From contig JAAYDC010000006.1 in assembly GCA_012729455.1 (NCBI GenBank), positions 27,782 to 91,781 of the forward strand: a stretch of DNA of 64,000 nucleotides, read 5' to 3'. The notes beneath the pieces were generated by a model. The model ran no database searches. It was not told where the DNA came from and was given only the letters and a program-made list of their open reading frames with translations. Shown piece after piece: positions 10,459 through 19,886 of the stretch. The stretch comes from Chloroflexota bacterium (lineage in GTDB: Bacteria; Chloroflexota; Anaerolineae; UBA1429). The stretch's first letter is position 1. Each line of letters opens with the position of its first letter. The translations under genes were made by a program, and so were the position numbers.

Positions 10459-11259
10459 TCAGGCGCCCGGTTGGCGCCAGCGTACAAAATAGCGCTCCAG
10501 CAGGCTGACAACGCCATAGAGCGACAGCGCCAGGCTCATCAGGATAAAGAGGGCTACAAACATCAGCGGGGTATCAAAAAGTCCGCGCGCCAGGTTGACG
10601 AGAAAGCCCAGCCCGCGGTCGGAGCCAACAAACTCGCCCACCACCGCGCCGATCACCGATAGGGTGACACCGATCTTTAATCCTCCAAAGAGCACCGGCA
10701 GCGAAGCCGGCAGCTCCAGCAGACGAAAGGTAGTCCAACGGTCGGCACGCAGGGCGCTCATCAGCTCGCGCAGGTCGCGCTCAACCCCGCGGATGCCGAC
10801 GATGGTGTTGATCAGCACCGGGAAAAAGAGTGTCAATGCGCACACCAGGATCTTGGAGAGGCTGCCAGCCCCGAACCAGATCACCAGGAGCGGAGCCAGC
10901 GCCACAATCGGGATGGCTTGTGTGGCAACCAGAAAGGGTGCCAACAGGCGCTCGAGGCGCGCCGATTTAGCCAGCAAATACCCCAAACTAAAGGCGAAAC
11001 TGAGCCCCAGCAGCAAGCCTCCCAGGATCTCGTAAAGCGTCACCGCCAGATGGCGCCAGAGCAGTCCTTCGGCGGCAGCGCGCACAAAGCGCTGCCACAC
11101 CTGGCTGGGCGAGGGCAGCAAAAAGACGGGATAGTTGCGCGCCAGCACCAGCAGCTCCCAGGCACCCAGCACCAGCGCGATGATCGTCAGCAGCGCAGCC
11201 AGTTCGAGCCAACGTTCATAGTTGGCACGGTTAGGTTGCTGCGCATCTTTGTTTGGCAT
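10459..11259 (-). CDS. ABC transporter permease, NitT/TauT family
   Basis: The product is a BPD_transp_1-type permease with 6 TM segments. An ATG at 11259 with a GAGGGG RBS is a better start than the upstream GTG at 11313. Confidence 0.75.
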   Translation of the reverse strand: MPNKDAQQPNRANYERWLELAALLTIIALVLGAWELLVLARNYPVFLLPSPSQVWQRFVRAAAEGLLWRHLAVTLYEILGGLLLGLSFAFSLGYLLAKSARLERLLAPFLVATQAIPIVALAPLLVIWFGAGSLSKILVCALTLFFPVLINTIVGIRGVERDLRELMSALRADRWTTFRLLELPASLPVLFGGLKIGVTLSVIGAVVGEFVGSDRGLGFLVNLARGLFDTPLMFVALFILMSLALSLYGVVSLLERYFVRWRQPGA

Positions 11260-11488
11260 AAAAAACACCCCTCGAGCATCAGCCGCGGGGTGCCGAACGA
11301 GACGGCCGTTCACCTTCTTTCATCCGGACTGTACCGTCGGCTCCGGATTCGCACCGGATCTGCCAAAGCTGGCTTGCGGGCTGGCACTGGAAGGTGCATC
11401 ACCGCCGGTAGGGAGTTGGTACTAACCTCACCCTGCCCCGAAGGCTGTCAGAACGTGACTATTATAAAACCAGGCAGGGGTGTGTCAA
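11260..11488 (-). promoter_or_regulatory. consensus sigma70 promoter (TTGACA-16-TATAAT) plus a ~190-nt structured 5' leader of the ABC operon
   Basis: On the minus strand the sequence reads catTTGACAcacccctgcctggtttTATAATagtc. The leader contains mutually exclusive pairings (atccgg / ccggat). A stem-U6 hairpin (cacccc…ggggtgTTTTTT) lies directly before the AUG. Confidence 0.5.
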
Positions 11489-11502
11489 ATGCTCCGGCGG
11501 TG

Positions 11503-12864
11503 CTAAGGCACCAGCAGCAGACGGAAGTCTTCCAGCATGAGCGGAAATTGCGGGTCGAGGGCCTCGAGCAGGCTGGGGAAGGTGTCAATAAACACCAGGG
11601 TACCCCCCATCATCACACACAACACAGCCGGCAGCAACAGCCAGTTCATCGGCGCGCGCACACTGCTGCCGCGCACCGCCAGCGCAAAACGGAACCATCC
11701 CACAGCTGGTCCGATGCCCGCTGCTGCCACCGCTATGGTCATCCCCAGGTGGGCAGTATCGATCTCGCTAAAGATGGTAAAGCGCGTTATAAAACCGGCC
11801 GTCAGCGGCAAGCCGGACAGTGAGAGGCCGCATAAAAAGAGCCCCATTACCGCCAGCGGAAAGCGCTGCCTGGCACCCGAAATCTGCGTGAGCAGGGTAC
11901 CACCATAGTAGCGCCGCAGCACTGCCAGGCCGATGCTGCCGCCCGTCAGAGCGATGCCCGTATAGATAAGGTGGAGCAAGGCCGCGCGAATCGAGATATC
12001 AGTGCCGATGCCCAGTCCCAGCATGGTAATACCCAATGTCGAGAGCACGCTGTAAGCAAAGATGCCGTCAAGGCTGGACTTTAAGAGCGCCAGGAGACTG
12101 CCGGCAATGACAGTGATGAGCCCTGCCCGCAACAAAAGGTTGGCTACCAGCAGTTGGCCCTGCGGCCACAGCAGCTGCGGCAGGATAGCCGCCAGGCGCA
12201 TCACCAGGGCCACCATGGCGATATACACCAGCACAACCGCGATGGGGTTGCCTTTACGCACGATCGGCGGGAACCAAAAGCCGAATGGAAATGCCCCCAT
12301 GCCCAGAGCGAATGTCAGAATCAGGCTGATAACACCAAGCTGCAAGTACGAGAGATCATTCGGGTTAAGCGAGCGGCTCTGTAGCGCCCATACAGCCAGG
12401 AGCAGCAGCGGGCCGATCAGTATCAGCACAGAAAGCACCTGCAGACTGGCCATCTGGTCGTCACGCGAGGGCGAAGCCATCACAAATACCACCAACACCA
12501 GCGCGGCGCCCAACAGGAGCGCCCCGAGGATGCCATCCTGCACACTGATCGCCGCGGTGATAAGCGCAGTGAACGCCATGGTAGAGGCGTACCCGGTGGG
12601 GTTATAGTATGAACGCAGCCCGGACACAGTGACGGCTGTCGTACACACATAACAGAAAGCGAGTATACGGCCATAGATTGGGCGGAACTCGATCAAGCGG
12701 CCCATAAAATAGGAGTAGGCCGGTTCCGAGACGCTGCCGGCGATCACCGCCATAGCCACTAAAATCGCGGTCACCAGCCCCACCACCACGGTCTGCCAAC
12801 GCCGCAGGACGACCACCATGACTACGCCGGCGACGGAGAGCGCCATCAACAGCAAAAAAGTCAC
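11503..12864 (-). CDS. polytopic membrane protein (about 14 TM), possible NuoL/M/N- or MrpD-like antiporter-type subunit (divergent)
   Basis: The protein has about 14 hydrophobic helices. Its W-x-P…P…A…MV segment (GFWFPPIVRKGNPIAVVLVYIAMVA) resembles the conserved WLPDAxEGPTPVSALIHAATMV loop, but the acidic and His residues are missing. The start is a GTG overlapping the upstream TGA (GTGA). Confidence 0.35.
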   Translation of the reverse strand: MTFLLLMALSVAGVVMVVVLRRWQTVVVGLVTAILVAMAVIAGSVSEPAYSYFMGRLIEFRPIYGRILAFCYVCTTAVTVSGLRSYYNPTGYASTMAFTALITAAISVQDGILGALLLGAALVLVVFVMASPSRDDQMASLQVLSVLILIGPLLLLAVWALQSRSLNPNDLSYLQLGVISLILTFALGMGAFPFGFWFPPIVRKGNPIAVVLVYIAMVALVMRLAAILPQLLWPQGQLLVANLLLRAGLITVIAGSLLALLKSSLDGIFAYSVLSTLGITMLGLGIGTDISIRAALLHLIYTGIALTGGSIGLAVLRRYYGGTLLTQISGARQRFPLAVMGLFLCGLSLSGLPLTAGFITRFTIFSEIDTAHLGMTIAVAAAGIGPAVGWFRFALAVRGSSVRAPMNWLLLPAVLCVMMGGTLVFIDTFPSLLEALDPQFPLMLEDFRLLLVP

Positions 12865-13499
12865 CGCACGCTCGCCTTTTGCTGCGCGTCTGCCCAGGAT
12901 TCGATGCTGGCAGCGATCGCCAGGGCGCTGAGCAACTCGATCACCCCCCATAGGCCAATCACCAGCAGTCCCTGCTCCAGCAGGACAGTCGCGGTGGCAA
13001 ACCCGCTGATCGCCATGAGGATACCGATTCCCAGGCGAAGCGGCTCATTGCCGGTAGCTGCCAAAAAGATGCCCGACAGGATCAGTGCATAGGTCACCAA
13101 ACCGTCGGCAGGCGAGAGATGCAAGAGGTTAGCCTGCCACACCGCATAGACGGCTAACGCGCTAAATACCAGCGTGAGGATCCGGTACAAGATGACGGCC
13201 AGTGAGCTCCGTTGGGCAGCCAGGGTCGAGGCGGCATACACGCGCGCGTGCCGGATCGTCACCAGCAGGATGGCACAGATAGCGATACCGATGCCGATGC
13301 GCAGGATCGTAAGGGGACCATATACGCGCGGACCGATCAGGATCGCCAACAAAGTATACTGAACCAGCAGCGCGACCACGGCGCGCCGCACATCGCTGGT
13401 GAGCATCAGGATCACAGCGGTGATCACGATCAAGATAGCGGTCGATTGTGGAGAAAAGCTTTGCAGTTTCTCGAATAATGCTATCAGGGTATTGTTCAT
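12861..13499 (-). CDS. small hydrophobic membrane protein (about 6 TM), unknown function
   Basis: The 212-aa product is MNNTLIALFEK… with about 6 TM helices. Its start lies 1 nt after the stop of the upstream gene. Confidence 0.45.
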   Translation of the reverse strand: MNNTLIALFEKLQSFSPQSTAILIVITAVILMLTSDVRRAVVALLVQYTLLAILIGPRVYGPLTILRIGIGIAICAILLVTIRHARVYAASTLAAQRSSLAVILYRILTLVFSALAVYAVWQANLLHLSPADGLVTYALILSGIFLAATGNEPLRLGIGILMAISGFATATVLLEQGLLVIGLWGVIELLSALAIAASIESWADAQQKASVR

Positions 13500-13500
13500 G

Positions 13501-15138
13501 CTAGCCCACCAGCAACAGCGCAACCAGGGCTATCGACCACAACACAATCCATGACAGCAGGTAACGCGTTTCGATCGCAAAAACAAAATTGCCCACCATT
13601 TTAGCGCCGGCAGTCGCAAAGCGCTGAACCAGCCCATAGAGCCAATCAAAGCTGAGCAGCCCCAGGTTGCCAGATGACTCGCGCAATGGACGACCATTTT
13701 GACTGCACAGGCTAAAGACAAAAAAGGCGCCTGCCAGTGGGATCACGATGGTCGTCACCAGCGGATAGATCCAGGTAGAGATACCGCCAGCAAAAAGACT
13801 CCGTATGGTGGGCATGGTGAGGGGCAGTGCCAGGATCAGGTTCAGGGTGCCGGGGTGGATTCCCAGTGCAAACAGCCATGCCACAGCCAACAATGCCAAT
13901 ACGACAGTCACATGGGCGAGCACGCGATGCATGTCACCGGCTGGGCGCCGGGTCCTGCCAGACAGGCGCAGTTGGGAGAAACACTGCCAAGCGGCCAGAG
14001 TAGTCTCGACATAGGTAATCGCGAGCAGCACCACCACCAGGATGTAACGACTGCTGATCAGAATCTGCAGCTGCCAGCGCAACACCAGGCTGAGCGCGGC
14101 GGGCGCACCCATCACGATCAGCAGCGCCCCGATTTTTGCCAACGCTACCAGCCTCCGCTGGCGACGGGTATAACCTGCAGCGGAGATCATCAGGATCGCC
14201 GGGGCGATCAGAATCAGTTGCAAGCCCAGCACTGAAAGCCCTACCCCCAGCATCGGTTCAACCAGCGCCCCTAACGGCGCCAAGCTTATCAGGCTCAGGT
14301 AGATCAGCTTTAAGCGGCTTTCCAGGTCACGGCCTAAGACGGCCGCGATGCCCGCCAGCAAGGCGCTGGCTGCCAGCATCGGCCCTAACCAAGCCCAGCC
14401 TGGCAGGGTGAGGGTGCTATAGGTTGCCATACGCAGCCAGACGGCACTGCCGGCACACACCAGGGCGGCCTGTACCAGCCAGGGGCGCTCACGCCAACCC
14501 AGTAACGGAAAGGGCGCCATGCGGATGATGGACGCAACGACCAGCAACAGCACCAATATGGGGGCGCTGACCAGCTCTGGCAGCGTGTTCAACCCACTGT
14601 GCACTATGGCGCTCGAGTTGACCACACTAATCAGCACCACAGGCAACAGGTGCAGTGTCACAATCCAAACCGCGTGGGATTCCTGTATGTCGGGGTTGGA
14701 TAGCATCTCTGCCGCGATCGCCACCAATGAGAGCAGGAACCACATCATGGTAACCGTCATCAGGTTGCTCGCCAAGCAACTGCCGTTTACCAAAGCCAGC
14801 AAAACCAGCTCGCGCCAATGACACTGCGAACCGGTTTGCGAATGGCCTGTACCCGTCAGCCACAGCAGCCAGGCAAAAGAATAAGCCTGCGCCACCGCCA
14901 GGCCGGTGCTCGAGTAACTGAAACTGAGCGGTGGCAGCGGTAAGAGTCCAGGCAGCCCCAGCGTAATGGTGTATCCTGACGGGGCATAGCGCGGCAGGAA
15001 TAGCAGCCCTACCATCAGCACGAGGACGCCAGTCATATGCACCGCCCAGACCCAGGGGCGTCCCTGGTGCTTGACCAAACAATCGATCAGCGCCATTAAA
15101 AGTGGCACTGCCACAGGCAAGAGAATAGTAAAGGCCAC
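13501..15138 (-). CDS. polytopic membrane protein (about 14–16 TM), possible antiporter/complex-I-membrane-arm-like subunit (divergent)
   Basis: The 545-aa protein is strongly hydrophobic and starts with GTG. It is the first gene of a tightly coupled three-gene membrane module. Confidence 0.35.
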   Translation of the reverse strand: MAFTILLPVAVPLLMALIDCLVKHQGRPWVWAVHMTGVLVLMVGLLFLPRYAPSGYTITLGLPGLLPLPPLSFSYSSTGLAVAQAYSFAWLLWLTGTGHSQTGSQCHWRELVLLALVNGSCLASNLMTVTMMWFLLSLVAIAAEMLSNPDIQESHAVWIVTLHLLPVVLISVVNSSAIVHSGLNTLPELVSAPILVLLLVVASIIRMAPFPLLGWRERPWLVQAALVCAGSAVWLRMATYSTLTLPGWAWLGPMLAASALLAGIAAVLGRDLESRLKLIYLSLISLAPLGALVEPMLGVGLSVLGLQLILIAPAILMISAAGYTRRQRRLVALAKIGALLIVMGAPAALSLVLRWQLQILISSRYILVVVLLAITYVETTLAAWQCFSQLRLSGRTRRPAGDMHRVLAHVTVVLALLAVAWLFALGIHPGTLNLILALPLTMPTIRSLFAGGISTWIYPLVTTIVIPLAGAFFVFSLCSQNGRPLRESSGNLGLLSFDWLYGLVQRFATAGAKMVGNFVFAIETRYLLSWIVLWSIALVALLLVG

Positions 15139-15275
15139 CTGCTCTAAACTGCACCTTCTGGACCGATTATCGGGATTGTAACATCAAGGGATATCCGCGC
15201 CAAACCGCTACTTGGCGCGGGTTTTGACGTATAGCATGCAGATAACGCCGCGCGAGTTACTACGGGGAGCGAACT

Positions 15276-15794
15276 ATGGTGTTTACCAACATCCTAAACA
15301 GGCTCAAGCGCCTCCTGCGCAAGGACCTCGAGGTTTTCAGCGAGCTGCGTCGTGACGAATCTGCCAATGTCGAAGCATTGCTGATTGTCGTGGTCACATC
15401 AGTGCTGGCGGGCCTGGTAGCGCTTATAAATGGCAGTAACGCCCTCAGCATTGTGTTTACTATCCTCTCGGGGATCGTCATCAGTTGGTTGGGCTGGAGC
15501 TGGTTTACCACCCTTTTGCTCACCAACCTGTATGGTGTAAACGCCGAGTTCTGGCAGGTTGCTAGGCTGCTGGGCTATGCTACCTTGCCGATGATATTGG
15601 TGTTGGCGGGGTTGCTGGGTTGCCTGGGCAGCCTGGTTGCCAGCCTGGCATGGATCGGCGTGCTGGTTGCCGGTGTCTTTGCCATCCGTGAGGGTTACCA
15701 GCTAGCCACCGAAAAGGCGATCATTGCCGTAATCGTAGGCTGGGCCGCCATCCTGGTCTTTAACCTGTTAATCAAGCTGGTGCTGCCGTTTTAG
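15276..15794 (+). CDS. Yip1-family membrane protein
   Basis: The 172-aa protein has 5 TM segments and the Yip1-like pattern EALLIVVVTSVLAGLV…. Confidence 0.45.
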   Translation: MVFTNILNRLKRLLRKDLEVFSELRRDESANVEALLIVVVTSVLAGLVALINGSNALSIVFTILSGIVISWLGWSWFTTLLLTNLYGVNAEFWQVARLLGYATLPMILVLAGLLGCLGSLVASLAWIGVLVAGVFAIREGYQLATEKAIIAVIVGWAAILVFNLLIKLVLPF

Positions 15795-15812
15795 TCGAAC
15801 GGCAGTCCGCTG

Positions 15813-18128
15813 CTAGGCCGGCTCGAGCTTGGCAAAGCTGGCCATCAGGCGCTTTAGGCCGGCACTTTCGAATACCACACTGACCTCTTCATCGTCGGCG
15901 ACCACACGGCTGTTCAGCACCGTGCCGCGGCCAAAGACGCTATGGCGGACCTTGTCGCCCACATGAAAGCTGGCCTGACGCTGCGGCTGCGCGGATGGCT
16001 CAGGGTAGGCATCCTCGATCAGGATCTCTCGCGGACGTGCCGGGCGCGGACGCTCCGGCCTAGCAGGCTCTCGCGCGGGCTGGCGGTAGCGATCGATGCT
16101 TTGGCGGCGCGCGGCATAAAGCTCCTGGCGGCTCTCGCGATTCATGCTCGGCCGGCGAGTAGCCTGGGATGGCAGCGCCTGGCGCAGGGTATTGCCCTCA
16201 CAAAGCGCCGTGGGGACATCCAGTAAAAAGCGCGACGGGTCGCGCAGCGACGACGCGCCAAACTGGGTGCGCCGAAATGCCCGCAGCAGATATAGCCGTC
16301 GCTTGGCGCGCGTCATGCCCACATAGCACAGGCGCCGCTCTTCTTCCACCGCTTCGGGGTCATCCAGCGAACGCGCGTGCGGACAGAGGCCTTCTTCCAT
16401 CCCCACGATAAAGACAGTGTCATACTCGAGCCCCTTGGCGGCGTGCAGTGAAAGCAGTGTGACGGCATCGCCGCTCCCATCCAGCTCGTCGGTATCGGCT
16501 ACCAGGGCGACATCCTCCAGAAAGGCCGCCAACGCCTCCTGCGGGCTGAACGTATCATAGCGGCTTGCCACCGAATCAAGCTCGCGCACGTTGGCGATGC
16601 GTTCGTTGCCCTCATCGGTGCCATCGTCGAGGCTTTCGAGGTAATGTGTTTCCGCCAGGATGCGATGCAGCAGCTCGACCAGCGGGAGGTTCGCTTTGGC
16701 TTCGACCCAGCCGGCCAATAGCTCGCCAAAGCGTGCCAGTTGGACAGCCTGCCGCCCGCGGATGGCGCTGGCGTTGAGCACCGCCACCTGGTCCTCAGCC
16801 TGGCCCAGCTTGAGCAACGCCTGCCCGGGGGAACGGCTGATCGACTCTGCCCAGGCCACCAGATCCTGCAGGGTTTTGTTGCCGATTTGCCGCGTGGGCA
16901 CGTTGATAATGCGCTCCAAGCTGACCTGGTCGTCGGGGTTGTGCACCAGCCGCAGATAGGCGAGCACATCCTTGACCTCGCGGCGGCGATAGTAGCGCGT
17001 ACCGCCCACCAGGCAGTAGGGCGTGGCACTGCACACCAGTGCATCTTCGATCGGGCGCGACTGGGCGTTGGTGCGAAACATCACCGCACACTGCTCGAGG
17101 CGCACCGCCCCACTGCGCTTGAGGCGCAGCAATTCATCGACAACAAAGCGTGCCTCTTCGTTCTCGTCATAGGCCTCCAACAGCTGGACGGGATGCCCAG
17201 AGCTGTTCTGGGTCCACAGCTTTTTAACGGTGCGCTGCTGATTGCGATCGACCACTGCTTGGGCAGCCGCAAGGATTTTGCCGGTAGAACGATAGTTCTG
17301 CTCAAGCATGATGACCCTGGAGGCTGGGTAGTCGGCTCGAAAACGCAGGATATTATGGTAATCGGCTCCGCGCCAGGAATAGATCGACTGGTCTTCGTCG
17401 CCCACCACGAACAGATTGCTCTGCTCGCCGGCCAGCTGGCGCACGATATTGTATTGCGCCTTGTTGGTATCCTGGAACTCGTCCACTAGCAGATAGCGGT
17501 AGCGCTGCTGATATTGCTGCAGGATCTCGGGATGGCTGTGGAACAAGAGCTCGACCTCCAGCAGCAGGTCGTCGAAATCCAACGCGCCGTTGGCGCGCTT
17601 TTCAGCCTCGTAGGCAGTATAGACACGTTGTATTTCGGCGTGCCAGGCGCTGGATGGGGCAAACTCTACCGGGGTGACCATCTCGTTCTTGGCATTTGAG
17701 ATTGTTGAGAGCACACCAGCAGGTTTAAAGAGCGACGGGTTCAGGTTCATCGCTTTGATGATGCGGTTGATCAGCTGGCGCTGGTCATCCTCATCAAAGA
17801 TCACAAACGACCGGCTCAGGCCCAACACCTCGGCCTCGCGCCGCAAGACGCGCGCACAGAAAGCGTGAAAGGTGCCGATCGTGAGGCCTTTGGCATCCGA
17901 GCCCAACAGAGCCTCCAGACGCGCCAGCATTTCGCGCGCCGCCTTGTTGGTAAATGTTACCGCCAGGATGTGATAGGGAAAGATGCCGCGCTCTTGCACC
18001 AGGTAGGCGATACGGTGGATGAGGACACGCGTCTTGCCCGAACCAGGCCCGGCCACCACCAGCACAGGGCCTTCGGTGGCACGCACCGCTTCAGCCTGGG
18101 GCGGGTTGAGATTTGCAAAGAGATCCAT
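15813..18128 (-). CDS. pcrA: ATP-dependent DNA helicase PcrA/UvrD (SF1)
   Basis: The product has a Walker A motif (AGPGSGKTRVL), a DEFQDTN Walker B motif and the VTFTNKAAREM motif. The ATG at 18128 gives MDLFANLNPPQ. An upstream GTG at 18167 is an alternative start. Confidence 0.85.
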   Translation of the reverse strand: MDLFANLNPPQAEAVRATEGPVLVVAGPGSGKTRVLIHRIAYLVQERGIFPYHILAVTFTNKAAREMLARLEALLGSDAKGLTIGTFHAFCARVLRREAEVLGLSRSFVIFDEDDQRQLINRIIKAMNLNPSLFKPAGVLSTISNAKNEMVTPVEFAPSSAWHAEIQRVYTAYEAEKRANGALDFDDLLLEVELLFHSHPEILQQYQQRYRYLLVDEFQDTNKAQYNIVRQLAGEQSNLFVVGDEDQSIYSWRGADYHNILRFRADYPASRVIMLEQNYRSTGKILAAAQAVVDRNQQRTVKKLWTQNSSGHPVQLLEAYDENEEARFVVDELLRLKRSGAVRLEQCAVMFRTNAQSRPIEDALVCSATPYCLVGGTRYYRRREVKDVLAYLRLVHNPDDQVSLERIINVPTRQIGNKTLQDLVAWAESISRSPGQALLKLGQAEDQVAVLNASAIRGRQAVQLARFGELLAGWVEAKANLPLVELLHRILAETHYLESLDDGTDEGNERIANVRELDSVASRYDTFSPQEALAAFLEDVALVADTDELDGSGDAVTLLSLHAAKGLEYDTVFIVGMEEGLCPHARSLDDPEAVEEERRLCYVGMTRAKRRLYLLRAFRRTQFGASSLRDPSRFLLDVPTALCEGNTLRQALPSQATRRPSMNRESRQELYAARRQSIDRYRQPAREPARPERPRPARPREILIEDAYPEPSAQPQRQASFHVGDKVRHSVFGRGTVLNSRVVADDEEVSVVFESAGLKRLMASFAKLEPA

Positions 18129-18202
18129 GGGTTGGCAATACTCGTTGAGGTCGCGAGAGTGTAGCACAGCGCCGGCGATCCGACAAGCCTGCCGCCGGCG
18201 TG

Positions 18203-18949
18203 CTACATGCTCATGCCGCCATCCAGGGCGATCACCTGGCCAGTGATGTAGGCCGCCGCGTCGGATGCCAGGTAGCCCACCAGGCGCGCGACTTCGTCGG
18301 GCTTGCCGAGGCGCTGCAGAGGGATGAGAGCCTGCACCTTGGCAAGTATCTCTTCGCCTAACGAGGCCGTCATATCGGTGGCGATGAATCCGGGCGCCAC
18401 AAGGTTGACGGTGATGCCCCGCGGCGCCAGCTCACGCGCCAGCGCTTTGGTGAGGCCTACCAGCCCGGCTTTGGCGGCCGAATAGTTGGCCTGCCCGGCG
18501 TTACCCATCAGGCCCGCCACCGACCCGATGCTGATGATGCGCCCCCAGCGCTGGCGCAGCATGCTGCGCTGCACAGCCTTGGCACAGTTAAAGGCGCTCT
18601 TTAAGTTGGTAGCCAGCACCTGATCCCAGTCTTCTTCGGGCATGCGCATGGATAGCCCATCGAGGGTGATGCCGGCGTTGTTGACCAGGATGTCGACACG
18701 CCCAAAAGCCGCCAGAGCTGCCTCGACCAGGCCGCTGGCCTCCTGGGCGATGCTCACATCCGCCTGATGCACGAGCGTACGCGAAGGAGCTGCGATCTGT
18801 GCGGCGGTCTCCTGAGCAGATGCGATATTGCTGTGATAATTGATCACCACGTCGCAGCCGCGCTGGCCCAACTCGAGGGCGATGGCGCGCCCGATCCCGC
18901 GCGAGGCACCGGTTACGAGCGCTACTTTACCAGTGAGGTCGTTCATCAA
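18203..18949 (-). CDS. fabG: 3-oxoacyl-ACP reductase
   Basis: The SDR product has the TGASRGIGRAIA Rossmann motif and the YSAAKAG catalytic triad. Confidence 0.9.
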   Translation of the reverse strand: MMNDLTGKVALVTGASRGIGRAIALELGQRGCDVVINYHSNIASAQETAAQIAAPSRTLVHQADVSIAQEASGLVEAALAAFGRVDILVNNAGITLDGLSMRMPEEDWDQVLATNLKSAFNCAKAVQRSMLRQRWGRIISIGSVAGLMGNAGQANYSAAKAGLVGLTKALARELAPRGITVNLVAPGFIATDMTASLGEEILAKVQALIPLQRLGKPDEVARLVGYLASDAAAYITGQVIALDGGMSM

Positions 18950-19884
18950 TCCTCCCAGGTGATTGTCGTGAGCGCATTATAGTCACTCAGGCTGGTGACG
19001 GATATCTCGCGGGTAATGCGCTGCACCAGGCCAGCCAACACAGCCTTGGGCCCCAGCTCAAGCATGGCCGTCACCCCGCACGCGTGCATAGCTAAAACCG
19101 ACTCGACCCAGCGCACCGGAGAGCTCAGCTGGCGGATTAAGGCATCGCGGATGGCATCAGGCTCACACAAGGGGGTGGCATCGGCATTGCAGACCACCGG
19201 CACCTGCGCCTCTCGAAACGTTACCGACTCCATCGCCTCAGCCAGTCCCTCTGCGGCGGATGCCATCAGCGGCGTATGGCAAGCCACACTTACCGCCAAA
19301 GGGATGCAGCGCTTGGCTCCGAGCTCAAGAGCTCTGGGTTGCAGAGCCGCCAATCCGGCGGCTGAACCGGCCATCACCACCTGTCCGGGGGCGTTATAGT
19401 TGGCTGCCCAGACCTGCTGGCCTATAGCGCGCAAGTCTTCCACCAGGGCATCGGCCGCGGCATCTTCCAGCCCCAGCACCACCAGCATGCCGCCCGGTTC
19501 CTGCTGGCCGGCTGCACGCATCGCCTGTCCACGCGCCATCACCAGGCGCAGGCCATCGGAAAAGCCAAACACGCCGGCCGCTGCCAGGGCGCTGTATTCG
19601 CCCAGGCTGTGGCCCGCCATCAGCGCGATGTCGCACAAACGCACGGTATAACGTTCAGCCAGGGCGTGCCAGAGGGCCATCTCGACGACATAGATGGCCG
19701 GTTGGGTGTTGGCGGTATCGTTAAGCGCCTCGACAGGCCCGTTCAAGCACTGGTTGGTAATGCCGGGCATCACCGCTTCAGCCTCCGCCAGAATCGCGCG
19801 CGCGGCGCTGGAGTGCTCCGCCAGATCCGCCCCCATGCCCACAAACTGCGAACCCTGGCCGGTAAAAATTACTGCTTGCGGCAC
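18946..19884 (-). CDS. fabD: malonyl-CoA:ACP transacylase
   Basis: The product has a GHSLGEYSA active-site Ser and a GQGSQ motif. Confidence 0.9.
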   Translation of the reverse strand: MPQAVIFTGQGSQFVGMGADLAEHSSAARAILAEAEAVMPGITNQCLNGPVEALNDTANTQPAIYVVEMALWHALAERYTVRLCDIALMAGHSLGEYSALAAAGVFGFSDGLRLVMARGQAMRAAGQQEPGGMLVVLGLEDAAADALVEDLRAIGQQVWAANYNAPGQVVMAGSAAGLAALQPRALELGAKRCIPLAVSVACHTPLMASAAEGLAEAMESVTFREAQVPVVCNADATPLCEPDAIRDALIRQLSSPVRWVESVLAMHACGVTAMLELGPKAVLAGLVQRITREISVTSLSDYNALTTITWED

Positions 19885-19886
19885 GC

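Noticed and set aside
11260-11455. TPP riboswitch upstream of the NMT1/THI5-type ABC operon
   Set aside because: I could not find the TPP core elements (CUGAGA, ACCC…GAACCUGAUCyGGnUAAUACCrGCGnAGGGA) by eye. I kept the region as an unclassified structured leader and did not call a TPP riboswitch.
11503-15138. Confident assignment of the membrane triad to Mrp antiporter or complex I
   Set aside because: Similarity is limited to a degenerate loop and hydropathy. Without profile searches the family call is unsafe, so I reported the genes as antiporter-like candidates only.
16499-17489. Long ORFs on both strands inside pcrA/uvrD (16499..17044 −, 16740..17489 +)
   Set aside because: These are alternative-frame or antisense artefacts inside a conserved helicase gene.
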